This document shows positions 32,069 through 46,500 of a DNA stretch of 64,000 nucleotides, piece by piece. The stretch lies in contig NW_026781975.1 of NCBI RefSeq assembly GCF_031769215.1, positions 620,001 to 684,000 on the forward strand, read 5' to 3'. Both the position numbers and the translations under genes were made by a program. Source of the stretch: Ylistrum balloti. Its lineage: Eukaryota. Each line of letters begins with the position of its first letter. Within the stretch, counting starts at the first letter, position 1. Under the pieces are notes generated by a model that was not told the DNA's origin, did not search any database, and saw only the letters and a program-made list of their open reading frames with translations.

Positions 32069-33285
32069 TTGTTGTTATGGCTATTTCTTTAGAAGTAATT
32101 ATATTTTATGTAAGATGAACCTAAAGGAAAAAAAGAGAAAAATCCAACTGATAAAGGAGAAACAATGGTAGGCAACGAGATAACTCTTGGATGTCTTGTT
32201 GGTTATAAATTAGCATCTTCCTGATGTTACATTCGAGCATAATGCATTTTCAACTAGTGCCAATTAGATCAAAAGTGAAAGGTGTATATTAATATTTCCC
32301 CGTATGAGGACAGACTTTGACTTCTCTCATATACTTTGCAGAGCTGCTCTTTTGTAAATATAATTTGCTAATGCTGTTTGTAGGAAGAAGGTAAAAGCTG
32401 TCAGGAAAGGGAATGAAAGGTGTGGAAACTGGACAGGAAAGGTTCTACACATATTTAAACTACGAAGGAAACTTACCCAATTCTCACAGAGCTTGCCCAG
32501 AAAACCTGCACTCATATTTTTATAGACAACTTGCTTTTTTCGTTTTCATATCTTATATATGTGATGGTATGTGTTTGTGAAATATATATCGAGTCATGAT
32601 ATTGTGTTCTAGTTAAAATGTATATACCAGGTGTGTATGGTTATCTTAATACTGTATGTCAATGGTAGATCATAGCTGTATTTTTGAACAATTTCTCTAT
32701 TTGTGTATATATACATGGAGTATTTTGATTTTAAAAGAACATGTCATATGTGTTAGAGTTTGTATGGTATTATGTAGCATAATCATTATATGATTTATAT
32801 TTTAACAGAAATAGCCTGAGACCTAAAATGGGGTCACATGCTTAACTTCTCATTAGTGTAAATAGGAAAATATTATGGTTAACTTTCCTCATTACTACTC
32901 TTCAGTAGTTAACTTTCACAGAGCTTAATGATTGGAGATGTCACTCTCTGATCTCTTTGCAGAGATAAAATTTTATCCTGTATAAATGTTTTTGTTACAA
33001 TGTAACAGATAAAATTTCTGAATCATTGTGTGTTTATGTTCTGATAAATTGTGTTGATATTTGCTGAGGTTTTAATTCAGATAACTGCAGACATTGCTTA
33101 ATCAAATATTTTATGACCATCGCTTACTTCTCTGTGTGATGAAATGTTGGCTATTTGGGTTGTCATACTTAACATGATTCCTTATATCTTTTAACTGATA
33201 GTAAATATAGCCCTCTTGTACTGGAAAGCAAGCTTCCCGATCAGTGGAAATAAAAGTTCCTACTAAACAGAACAAGTTATCTATA

Positions 33286-34232
33286 CTAGTGGAAAAATGA
33301 AATGCAAGTTTATTTTTCATAATTATTTTACATGATTCATTGATGATTAGTTCATCGTTTGGGTTTTTTGATTTTCTAATTTTATTACTGAATACATTTT
33401 GATGATTTTTGTTGTCCTATCACAGATGGCATTTGCATGAATAGCGTTAAAACAAGGATACCCTATGCTCTTCTGTGATCTAAATTTGTGGCATGTGTGC
33501 CCACCCCAGGCTTCAGTCACTGCTCTTACTCTCCTTAATATTGACCCCATTAAGGTGTTTATTGTCCTTTGATGGATATTATTCCACTCCTGAATAAGGG
33601 CCTGTGTGAGTTGAGTAATGGTATATGGGGAGTTGACACTCTTCCTAACCCTTCTGTCCAGCTCATCCCACAAATGCTTGATTGGGGACAAATCTGGACG
33701 GTATGGTGGCCAATCAAGAACTGGGATGTTGTTTTGAGCCAGAAAGTCATGACAAACCTTAGCAACATGGGACCTCTTGTTGCCCTGCTGTAATGTAAGG
33801 TAACATTGATTGATAAGAGGTCGACAATGAGTGCCCGCATTTGATATCGGTTGTCTGTTGTACACAATGTTGCTGGGCTACATGATGTTTTGAATGCCCC
33901 TTCATTATCAGACAAAATGGTACTACCCCTATCAAGTTCATTCATTCTCAGCATTTCCCTCTACAATCACTTCAAACAGAAATGTGTAGCTGATCTTTAC
34001 TGTTCCAATGTTCAATTTGTAATGATTTACCAGCACATATGGTGCATGAGTACCCAGCTTTCTTGAAAAATCTGCTGAAAGCATACAGGGTCAAGCAGGG
34101 TCACAGTTGAATCTTACCTGAGGAACATTTTCACAGTGGACAGAGGTATCTCAGTGTCAAATTTAATTAAATTTCGTCCACATGTCTAAAAGTTATATTA
34201 CAAAAACTGCACTTGCGTTTCTTTTTCCGTTG
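33286..34232 (-). mobile_element. Internally deleted Tc1 element with TIRs
   Basis: Transposase remnant VLDWPPYRPDLSPIKHLWDELDRRVR. The ends ta-ctagtggaaaaatgaaatgcaagt and acttgcgtttctttttccgttg-ta are imperfect inverted repeats flanked by TA. Confidence 0.88.
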
Positions 34233-34340
34233 TATAGATGTATATGACATAGCCAATTTCATTTTCTTTCTATTTCCATGTGTAGGCCTCATCATTTCTA
34301 TTTGCTGAGAGTGTTTACCAAAAAAGAGATATTGAAAACC

Positions 34341-34811
34341 TTAATTAGTCCACCATAATCAGATGGCTGGCAAGTCAAATTGCCCCATGTTTGTCATCCA
34401 TCGTCCATTTGTAAACAATTTTTGTTTTGCTAATCCTTGAGAAAGACTGGTGGATCTTTCTCACATTTCATATTTAGGCTCCTCTTGTTCTCTCTGTACC
34501 CATTTGATTTTATGACTGTTCAAAATAACAAAATGGGTGACAGGAGGCCATTTTGTAGGTTCCCCTTGTGTACTTGGTTGTTCCCATTTATTTTGAAACT
34601 GATCAGAAAAACAAAATCGCTGCTAAGCGACCATCTTGGATTTGACACTAAAAGATTATTATTAGTAGTTCTGTAAAGAAATGTTCAAATTTTATATCAT
34701 TCAGAGCAAAAACGGAGGAGAGAAGGGGAAGAATGGAAAAGACGAACTTTTAAAGAACAAATAAAGATCAAACAATATTGGCTGCCAAGATCCCACTGGG
34801 ATCTCATGTTT
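34341..34811 (-). mobile_element. HINE-like non-autonomous element, same family as 38967-39797
   Basis: Shares the cat(a/c)atcagatggc end, the ccatcttggatttt core and the aagatccc(a/t)ctgggatctc hairpin with the copy at 38967-39797. Confidence 0.6.
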
Positions 34812-35954
34812 TCATATATACCAATCCCTTCCTATGTCTTATCATGGTTAAACTAGCTTCTTTTAACTAGAAGACATTTCTTTTAAACTCAAATGGTTTT
34901 GAACTTGGCTACACACTATTGTCAGGTTTAGTCATATCAATGGGTTTATCAATTTTTTTTATCAAATTAGTCTTTGGTAGATCAATGCATTTTTCAAAAC
35001 GAGATTAGACATCACTTACTAGGAGAGATTTGTCATTTTCTCTCCTTGAAACTGTTTTAAATCTTTGCTATGGAATATCTTATCATACATTTTTGGGGGG
35101 ATTACATACCTAGTTCTGTATACAGTCACAAAATCACAGATGTAAAGTGGCTCTTAGATCTGTGTGAATGAGTAAAAAATAGTTTTCATTTTAAAATGAT
35201 TTCCTTTTAACTTTTTAATATTAAAAGGAAATTAAATGGCAAATGATAAAGGAAAAAAAGACTCTAGGAAAGATACTTTTTATTTATACAATTATGATGT
35301 TCATTTCCAAATATCTTTATTTTGACAGGTTCAGTTTAAGAGAAAAGCACTGGCTGGTTTTTAAATGTTTACCATGTAAGTAATTATCATATAAGATTTT
35401 TTTGGTCCTGATAGTAGGGGTTTCTTCTATTATGCCTATGAGAATTACTTAATTTGTTTACTAACATTCCTTCATCAGATTGAACTTGTTGGGGTTTTTT
35501 TTACATTAGATCGTTCTTGGAGGGTGAAAATATATTTGCCACAAAAACAGGTACATATGAATATATTCTGATATTTTTGTCAGAAAGGTGCTTCAAATAT
35601 TATGACCCATACAGTATTTGGCTTATTCATTTATTTTTACAGATGCCAATTTTTTTTTAAACAGGAAAACTAAAGAATTGTGAAAGAAAAAAGAAATGTT
35701 CCAAAAATTGAAAAAAAAATAAAAAATAAAAACAGATAAATGAAAAAGGGAGTACCATATTTAATCCAAAGAATAAAAAATATCACTGGATTCAGTGATT
35801 TTGCGACTCAGTGTTTTAGTCCTAGACTCCTGCTTTTCCTGTAGGGCTCATCAGTGTTTTAGTCCTAGACTTCTGCTTTTCCTGTAGGGCTCAATGGAAT
35901 TTTGGGACCCTTCTATATCCCTTATTATTGGAACTCATCAAAAATCTGAATACT

Positions 35955-35976
35955 GGGGGGGGGGGGGGGGGGGGGG
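35955..35976 (+). repeat. Poly-G tract (22 G)
   Basis: Direct count. Confidence 0.9.
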
Positions 35977-38966
35977 ATGGTCAATTGCAAAAGCACATGC
36001 ATGAAACTTAAAATAATATCTTTGACTCATGGCCTGAGATATATATATGGCAAGCATCTTTTGAAGGATATTTTTGTATTCCATGCTTTGTTGAAAAAAA
36101 TAGGCCTGCCTTTTATTGTTTACATATAAGACACAGTCAGTCCAAGTAACACTTTGACATGACTTGTACCAGTTGGCTGATCACCTTATTGAATACAAGT
36201 ATAATTGACTGCCTAAAAACAGGTATCTTGACATATTTGAAAGGTGTCGTGTAGGTGGAAATGCTATTTAGATTATGATGTAACATAATGAAAATCAAAA
36301 CACTTTAATTGGAAGATACTGTTTTCAGTTTACCCAGTTACCCAGTCATCCCTCTGTCACTTGTGCTAGAGAACAATAAATACCCTTTGTATATACACAT
36401 ATGAGTTTCAGGCAAAACTTGAATGGCACCTGCATATAAAATGCTAGGAACAAGGAATATGAAAATCTATCCCTTATTAGTTACAGACATTTACCATTTT
36501 ATCAATGTATGTTGTCCAATTTTGGTGTTTTTGTATTATGTTAATTCTTTGTGATTTCCTGACATTGTCAACACTTCCACATTTCTGATTGGCTGATGCT
36601 AGCATTTTCTCATTTCTGATTGGTTGATGCAGATTATATCCTCAAATCTTACAAAGTTACATTGTCTGGACCTGCAAGTAATATTACGATGTCATTAAGG
36701 TAGCAGTGAACAATATCGTTTTGGTGAAATGGGTGATTTTTTTAAACAATGTACCTTGTGTCTTGTATTATTGAAATGCAATTGCAGATTTGGTATATAC
36801 CCATGTTGAGATTGACTATGTGGGGTTTTTTTACCAGTAGTTTTCAGATATAAAGATATTTTGTAGAGGTAACACTTTCATGATTTTCGAAAATTTAAGT
36901 CAACACTACAATAATAATTTCAGCCATCACTTCTGTTATGTTAAAGGGGATGTTTAGTTTTCAGTTATTTTACTGGAAACCAGTTCTTTGCAAAATCAAC
37001 TTTAACACAATTACAATCACCCTCTTAACAGTTGCTATTGTAATATGAATTACAAACTTTATGTGTCACAGACATGTCCCAGATTTTCAGGATCATGCCA
37101 TGTCTTCTGTACACTGCTAATTGCAGATAGAAAACATCATTACCACAAATTGTTTTGAACTTGAACAAAATATTCACAAAATGAAGATCCAGTTAGGTTA
37201 GGTACATATGGGTACAGCATGTCACACTTTGATATGGATCAGTTTTATATATCAGAGGTATGGCAGATTTTATATGGAATATTAAATATTAACAAATAGG
37301 GAATTTTATGTCAAAATGTATCTCTTTGCAATATGTGTTGAACTTTCAAACCACACTCTGAATTTCTGATGGTTTAACTACAAACAAAAAGTATCCTAGA
37401 CTTTAATCTGTAATGGTTGAGAAGAAAACATGGTGTGTTTGTAAAAATTATGGACAATGAATCCTTATGAAAATAGATTACATTTAATTAGAGAATCTAA
37501 TTTTACATATTCGAGTTGCTGAATTGCTCCTACATTTACAAAGATAGTGACGATTGATCTAATGGCTTTGGATCTGTCTCCTACATTATGCAGGATTGTG
37601 TACTCCATTGTTCTTTATCTTCAACTTGTTTACATGTACTAATGATATTAGTAAACTCCTTTTCTGCTGTAACATAGATAAGTGTTAACAGTATGATTCA
37701 TGATTTTTTATCCTTTTTTTATTATCATTCATTATAGGGTCATGTTGAGGTGGAGTCTCCTGGTAGTAGCTAGTAACTACCTCACAAATAGACATAGGGT
37801 ACATGCCATTCACAGCTATTCAGTAAAGTGTCGTAATAAAGACACAAACATTTTAGAAACTAATGGTCCGATTTAGCTTTCTGTAAAACAAAAACACCAT
37901 GTTGCACCGGGTACTTGACAACTAAACTCCAATGGCTATTCCTGACTTGTCGCGAATTGTTCTTCCAAGGACATGTTAAGGAAGACCATTTTTTAATAAG
38001 TATCTCCAGGGACATAAAATAGAGTGTATTTATAGTTATTTTTTAGAAATTTTCTAATTGTCCCTTTTAATCAATGTCTACATTAAACTCTGTTAGGAAA
38101 TACTTGTTTCTTGATAATCATTTAGTACAAATTATAATGTAAATATATTTTAAACTTAAAGGTTACCCTTGGATGTAAGTACTATATCACATGATAGGAA
38201 GACAAAAGTATCATGGCCACATTCACCAAATTTTCATACATTTTGTAAATTTCAATTTAATTAGGGTTGGAAATTAAGGAGGTGCTTTATATCTAAATTT
38301 TGTGGGAATAATTAGTAATTAATAAAGATATTTTTTGAAATTATTATTATATCTAAGTTGTATCAAAAATGTGCATTGTTTGATCACACAATGTTTTACA
38401 AGAACAAGCAAGCCTAAGTCTTGATATATTGTATTGGTGTATATTAGCACAACTAAGTGTTAATCATGTACAGCGAGCTGTATATAATCATATCAACATA
38501 CAAACTGTATTTACCATTATTAAGTCTCGCGGACTGCAGTTGGGTACTTCATGATTTACAACATAGATCAGTCCTTCAGTTATAGAAAATAAATGTTATT
38601 TTTCTTTTGAAAGGAGATACAACTACATATGTGCAAAACAGAAATTGTCTTCTGGGGATTGTTATAGAGATGGTGTTAGAACATTCTGAATTCATTTATG
38701 TTTATTGGTTTTAATTTTATATTTCATGGTAATTTAAAAAATGAATTTTGATACAGATTCATTACATGTAAAGAATATGTTGTAGAAGACTGCATCGTTT
38801 GTGGACTTTTTATTCATGTTACCATCAGATCAGCCTTAGCAGTTTACCAATAAACATATTTGTTCCTATGGAAATTTTTTCTTGTTATTGGTTTGTAAAT
38901 ATCTCTTCAGTCACTCTATAAACATATTCTTAAAGGATTAAAATAAATGGAGCACTTCTTTTAGAA

Positions 38967-39797
38967 TTTTTAGCCCAACATCATCAGATGGCGAACTATT
39001 CAAATCGCTCTGTTTCTGTGGTCCGTCGTCTGTCCGTCCGGCCATTTTTGTTATCACTATTTATAGAGAAGTACTGGATGGATATTCATGAAATTGTATA
39101 TGCCGGTTCCCCTTGGTTCCAAGTTGTGGCCGTTTGATTTTGGGACTGATGAAAAGATGGCCGACAGTCAGCCATCGTAGATATTTTCAATGAAGTTGGT
39201 TTTCACTATTTCTTGAAAAGGGATGGATCTCTTTCAAATCTTTATATGTAGGATCCCGTTGGTCTCTAGTGCCCATGTTATTTTGGGACTGATCAGAAGT
39301 ACAAAATGGGCTACAAGCGGCCATCTTGGATTTTGACTTCGAAAGCTTGTTATCACTATTTTTGAGAACCCCTCTATAGATCTTTCTCAAATTTCATGTT
39401 CAGGTTCCTTTAGGCCCCTAGTTGTGCCTGTTTGAGGATTCACAAAAAATTACAATGGCCAACAGGTAGCCATCTTGGATTTTGCCTAGTAAGGATTGTT
39501 ACTGCTATTTTTAAAGAAGTACTGAATGGATATCTCTCAAATTCCATACGTATGTTCCCTTTGGTCTCTCCTTCTGTTCGTTTAATTTTGGGACTGATCA
39601 GAAGAAACAAAATGGCTTCCAGGTGGCTATTTTGGATTTGGCAGGTAAATATTATCAACGTTATTTTTGCAAAGGAATATTCAAATGTCTTATCATTAAC
39701 AGCTAAACCAGATAAAAGAAGTGAAAATCCATCTTTACAAGGGCATAAAAAAATCAAACAAAGGTGTGCACCAAGATCCCTCTGGGATCTCTTGTTT
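38967..39797 (-). mobile_element. HINE-like non-autonomous element with gtcc microsatellite and tandem cores
   Basis: T-tract end, gtccgtcgtctgtccgtcc microsatellite, repeated gccatcttggatttt cores, and terminal hairpin aagatccctctgggatctcttgttt. Confidence 0.7.
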
Positions 39798-39973
39798 TAT
39801 ATCCTTTTCTCTCTAATATTTCTAGTTGTTGATTTTGAACCTTTGCTTTGTGTTCTTAAGTCTTAATAGGGTCCTTATTATTGTTAGACAGAAAATATTG
39901 TTGTAACTTAACGACACTTTCTCATGTGGAATATCTCCTCAGTGCTGAGTAGGATGTTGTAGGTTAAGCATGT

Positions 39974-40547
39974 TCATGACAGAAGACTTCGGTCAAACAG
40001 GTAGAGCCCTAAATTTGGAGATGTGCTATCTTTAATCCTTTTCAAGCGAGCATGAATGTCAGCGATCTCTTTGATCTTCAGGTACTTCTGGTCCATACAT
40101 TCGTCCTCTAGAAAATGTTTCAGCTGAAAATATAAGATAAGAAACTTGAAAGAGCTCCTGCAAATCCTGCCTCTCGGAATGATAGGATCAAAGAAGTTGA
40201 TCTATATAAAACTCGTGTGCAACTACGACACGTAATTCAAATCTGGAACATTCGAATCAACAACATTTCCTCATATTATGCTTTGTGTTAGGTTATTGAT
40301 ATCATTGGCCATTATAACAAACATAATGAAGGAAGACAATTGTTTAGTCTTGCTCGGACTCGCGAGCTATGACACCAGATCACATAGCAAAGAAATTGCA
40401 GACTGCCTAGCCATTACACCGCCACGACTTCCCCAAAAAAGTATGTCTGGAAGTTGTACTATAATAGACAGCTAGAATTTTCTGGAGATGACAACATGAA
40501 CACAGTTGCAACTTGTCTAATTACGTGATATGAACACCTGGGTCGCA

Positions 40548-40587
<40 letters not shown>

Positions 40588-43500
40588 ATACGAATTATAC
40601 ATACAACACATATCAAACTCTGGTACAATTACGACAAGTAATCAAAAAAATAATAAAGCATATATGACACCTTTGACGTTATAAATACATGATACTACCC
40701 TAGTGTCTTAATTGTAAAAATGTAAGCTTCCTGAGTGTTGATCACTATCGACATGGCGTCAAAATGAGCGAGTGTTTCGCACAACTATAATGCAGGTTTG
40801 GTTTGCACGTGTATTTGTATATCGGACATTCATGTATTCTAAATCTCAAATTAACAAATTAGAACATTAATGAATTTGTGCACTCATGCCAAGGACTTTT
40901 CTTTGTCCAAATAGAGCGTACATGTACATGAAAACAATGTTTAGAGGCGTAAACAACACCGTGTTCAAGTTGTAGAAAACAATGTTTACATACAGGAGAA
41001 CAAATATTTCGAGGCGCACAAAACACCCTGTACATGTAAAAGAAAACACTGTTTCGAGACAGAAAACAATGTTTCGCGGCGCTCATAATACCGTGTACAT
41101 GTAGCAGAAAACATTGTTAAGAGGCGCACACAATACCGTGTACATGTAGCAGAAAACAATGTTTCGAGGCGCAAACAATACCCTGTACATGTAGGAGAAA
41201 GCAATGTTTCGAGACGCAAACAATACCGTGTACATGTAGCAGAAAACATTGTTAAGAGGCGCACACAATATCGTGTACATGTAGCAGAAAACAATGTTTC
41301 GAGGCGCAAACAATACCCTGTACATGTAGGAGAAAGCAATGTTTCGAGGCGCACACAATACCGTGTACATGTAGCAGAAAACATTATTTCGAGGCGCACA
41401 AAACACCCTGTTCATGTAAAGGAAAACACTGTTTCGAGGCAATCACAACCCGTGTACATGTAAAAGGAAACATTGTTTCGAGGCGCACAAAACACCCTGT
41501 ACATGTAAAGGAAAACACTGTTAGGAGACAGAAAACAATGTTTCGAGGCGCTCACAATACCGTGTACAAGTAGTAGAAAACAATGTTTCAAGGCAGAAAA
41601 CAATGTTTTGAGGCGCTCACAATACCGTGTACATGTAGCAGAAAACATTTCGAGGCCACAAAGCACCCTGTTCATGTAAAGGAAAACACTGTTTCGAGGC
41701 GCACAAACACCCTGTTCATGTAAAGGAAAGCACTGTTTCGAGGCGCACAAGCACCCTGTTCATGTAAAGGAAAACACTGTTTCGAGGCGCACAAGCACCC
41801 TGTTCCTGTAATGGAAAACACTGTTTCGAGGCGCACAAGCACCCTGTTCATGTAATGGAAAACACAGTTTCGAGGTGCACAAGCGCCCTGTTCATGTAAA
41901 GGAAAACACTGTTTCGAAGCAATCACAACCCGTGTACATGTAAAAGGAAACATTATTTCGAGGCTCACACAATATCATGTACATGTAGCAGAAAACATTG
42001 TTTTAAGGCACTCACAATAACAAATACTGTAGTGGAACTTAACAGAAAGCTGTAGTTAACTTATAAAATGCTAATTAGGGTTGCCACTGAAATATATAGC
42101 TGACAGAAGCCTTAAGACAAAGCGTAATCGTGTACTGAGATAATTAAAGCAGACTAACTTACATGTGGGAAGTCATTCGTAACCGCAGCATAGTGAGTTT
42201 TCTTGAGTAGGTTTAATCTATGCTTCTGGTCACCAAGAGCAAAGTCAATTACACTCATAACGTAACTCCATTCAGTTGCACCAGTATCGGCGCGTTCATA
42301 GCACTGCAAAAGAACTTCGACAGATGAAATAGGCCGGAAATCATATTAAATATTTAATGACTTTGGCTCATGTAAAGAAAGAAGTCAACATGCAATGTAC
42401 CAGTTCTGTAGTCGTTACACATCAAATTTAGTTTGAAACCAGCATCAATACATAGCATGCGATGTACATTTACAGTAAAACACATTTTATTGAACTGCAT
42501 AATTTTGTCCTGCAGCCTATACGACATTTTTTTCACTGCAAAACAAATCTGAAACTTCTTTTTATAACAGTAAATATTGATATTCTAAACTGTTTGAAAA
42601 CTGCCAGTCTATACCTCAAGGTATGACTAACCATTGTCTTTATGATTGTTTTAAACCATGTATCCATGATCGTTTTAAACCATGTATGTGGGTGTTTTGA
42701 CCTGTTTTCAATTTTTTTTATTCACATTTCGGTAAGAAATTTTTTGTCCACTTGTTGACCCTATAATGATCTGTTATGTGTTGATGGACCGTGAAGAATA
42801 TCATATTGTTAACTGTAACTCTAACCAGAAAAAAAACTAGTTACTCTCTTTATGACAATAAAATTTATCTCGTTATTACGACTTCAGCGATCTCGTTATG
42901 ACAATAAAATTTATATCGTTATTACGACTTCAGTGATCTCGTTATGACAATAAAATTTATATCGTTATTACGACTTCAGTGATCTCGTTATGACAATAAA
43001 ATTTATATCGTTATTACGACTTCAGTGATCTCGTTATGACAATAAAATTTATATCGTTATTACGACTTCAGTGATCTCGTTATGACAATAAAATTTATCT
43101 CGACTTTGATCTCGTTATGACAATAAAATTTATCTCGTTATTACGACTTTTTCGTTATGACAATAAAATTTATATCGTTATTACGACTTCAGTGATCTCG
43201 TTATGACAATAAAATTTATATCGTTATTACGACTTCAGTGATCTCGTTATGACAATAAAATTTATCTCGTTATTACGACTTCAGTGATCTCGTTATGACA
43301 ATAAAATTTATATCGTTATTACGACTTCAGTGATCTCGTTATGACAATAAAATTTATATCGTTATTACGACTTCAGTGATCTCGTTATGACAATAAAATT
43401 TATATCGTTATTACGACTTCAGTGATCTCGTTATGACAATAAAATTTATACCGTTATTAAGACTTCTTTTTGATTTTTTTGTCTTTATATTCTTTTTTGT

Positions 43501-46500
43501 TATTACGACTTCAGTGATCTCGTTATGACAATAAAATTTATATCGTTATTACGACTTCAGTGATCTCGTTATGACAATAAAATTTATATCGTTATTACGA
43601 CTCTCTCGTTATGACAATAAAATTTATCTCGTTATTACGACTTCAGTGATCTCGTTATGACAATAAAATTTATATCGTTATTACGACCTAAAAGATCTCG
43701 CTATGACAAAAAACTCGTTATTACGACTTAAGTGATCTCGTAATGACAAAAACGTTATCTCGTTATTACGAAATAGCTGGCTATCTCTTTCACTTTACAT
43801 GAACCATTTCCTTTTTACCTTTGATGCGTTCGCGCGTTTCGAGCCCTAACGTTAATCATTTCTTATAACTGTATGACACAGTATTCTTGTCATTCATAAT
43901 ACTGGTATATAAAATTACCCCGTAAACATGTGAGGCGATTTAATATTGTGGTTCTTTTTTTCAAATGGAAGATGCAGGCGGAATATATTAAAACCAGGTA
44001 AAAAATAAAAAACAATCACTTTTTTAAAACTATATGCGCTTTGAAGACATTGATAACATGATCAAGGCTGCCGTTAAATGTACTAGAGTTTGTCTATATT
44101 TTTGTGAAACTTTGAAGAAATTACTCTAGATTCTCGACTCCGTAAAACTGATAATGAATTATCCGGTCTCCATGGCAATACGTATGCTACCGGCGTAAAA
44201 TTGCACGCTCTCGGTCAACGATTAATGGAGTTTCTCAAGTCTCCGTTCAAAAAAGAAATGACAAAACGACTCTAACATAAAAAAATATAGCTTCCGTAAA
44301 AGGTCTACATACATATACAACTATTCACCAAAAACGATGTACAGAATAACTACATAAGTAATAGAGTATATAGAAATATTCTACTGTAAAATGCTGTTTA
44401 TTATCATCGCTTACAAACATTGTAATGGTTTTCATTTAGCTAGTTTTAAAATGTAACAGTAAATGAGAATTTATTTTATCTTCACTGTCGCTTTATAACA
44501 ATGTAATGAGTTTTTTTTAGTCAATCCATAGAAAACTATTTTTGAACAATGTACATAATTTTTCTCTAGTTCGGTCGGTGTCCTGCTGGTTATTAACGCT
44601 ATTGATGTTTTTTCTTATTTTTTACTAACAAACTATTTCTCCGGTTAACCTACCTGTGAAGATAGTTTCTTACTGGGATTAATAGAATGAAACTCGAAAG
44701 TCATCCCTCTCTGTATCATGTATAGCATGATTTTCTCTGCATTCTGTCGCTCCATCTCCGTGTAGGATCGGAACAATTTCTCGAAACCGGGAAGCGAGAT
44801 ATTGTGACGTGCGAAACAATAGGACTGAAACAGTTAAGCAATCATACAAATGTAAAATAAAGATAAAAGAAATAGAGGAGCGTTGTATGACTTCAAACAA
44901 TTCGATATATAGTCTAGTAGTACAGCTTATTGACAGTAAATCATTCATTGCAACCAGCCACTGAAGAACAGTATAGTGTCCGGCCAGAAATCAAAAGTTG
45001 TGAACTCCAGCGAGAGCACGACACTTTCCATTACTCTTTCCTATTATGCGTTTATCGACTATGTGTTAATTTGTGTCTTTTTATCACACACAGGTAGAAA
45101 CAGGTAGCTATTTACCACATCAATGAATATTAAACATATGCCAACGCATTCATATTTGTACATTTCACATTTAAATCGTAACGTCATATATAGAAAATAA
45201 AATAAGTACTTCAACAGTTAATGATACTGAAAACCAGCGTGCGTTGAACTACGATTTTATTTAATAGATATTCGGATATTCGAATATATGTTATATAACT
45301 TTCAAATTTTCTCACAAATGTAATACAACTGTAAAATTGTCAGCTACAATACGAAGCATAAATTTTGCGCACTGATACTTGTACCAGTCGCTGTTCATGT
45401 CAACACTCAAACTGTTGTTTCTCGACCTCGCAGTACAAATGTAATTAAATAATTGATAGACAAACATACTTGTTTAGGATAGTAGATTTACATAATGCAC
45501 AATATCCTGTACATTAGCTTATCTACTTATTTGAAGTATTCTGACAGTCATAACATAATAAATGCCAATACACTGGTTATGGCGAATGCTTCTGAAAGTT
45601 TACATTGGGCTATAAACATTAGTCTGTAAATTTTGACTTTGATAGTTGACATGAAAAAAATACATTACAATTGCCAGGTACGTGTAGTAGGACTGGAATG
45701 ACGTCTTGATGTTTTTGACCATAAAAGAACGTGCCTTCACCTCATCAAAGCCATAAAGTTCATTAGCTGGTTCAGGGTCTGTGTAAAGAATAAGACACGG
45801 GTAATGTGTGATCTGAATCGTCATATCAAGATGGCGAAAATAGATAACACACACAAACTCACAAATAATTCAGTCTGTTAGTGCACTCAAGTACGTTTCA
45901 TTCTTTTAGACAAAACCAGTTCAGCATTTTGTGAATGTTTATAATTTACTTATTGGAATAAAAACATCCTTTGACGAATTAAAAGAAATAATAACAGCAA
46001 ATAGATTTTTAAATCAGAAAGAAATATATTGGTATGATGCTTGCAAATGTGATCTCTTCTTATTCAATAAAACATTGTGAGGACGTCTCGAAACACAAGT
46101 GTATCATTAAGAAGTAGGGATAGAAGCAATGTTCGTGAAAATTGTGTTCAGAGATGCCCAACGGTGCTTCCTAGGTTTTCATGGGGATGATTCGTGAGTA
46201 AGTATGTAAAGACTTCTTGTGGCTTTTGGTTAGCTAATAATCCCTGCCGGTTATAATGATACTTTATATCATGATGCATTGTACTCAACCACCATTTTAT
46301 CTTAAGGATATTATGCGCACTGCTGTACCCATCTCTGTAACCTGGGACTTCATTATCAAGTTAAAAAATTTATTCAAAATCCGTGATGATTTAACTTGTT
46401 CTGTCGTGATCGAGGTAATTACATAGAAGTCACAATAAAAGTTTGGTAACTAAACTAGCTTGACCCGGCTGCTATGAGAAAGCTCTACCTGAGAGGTGAT

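Noticed and set aside
34705-34860. Possible alternative last exon of the SWIB gene (EQKRRREGEEWKRR...)
   Set aside because: It lies within the HINE-like element at 34341-34811, has no SWIB similarity, and would truncate the domain.
40859-41968. Several Cys-rich minus-strand ORFs
   Set aside because: Translations of the 45-bp intronic minisatellite.
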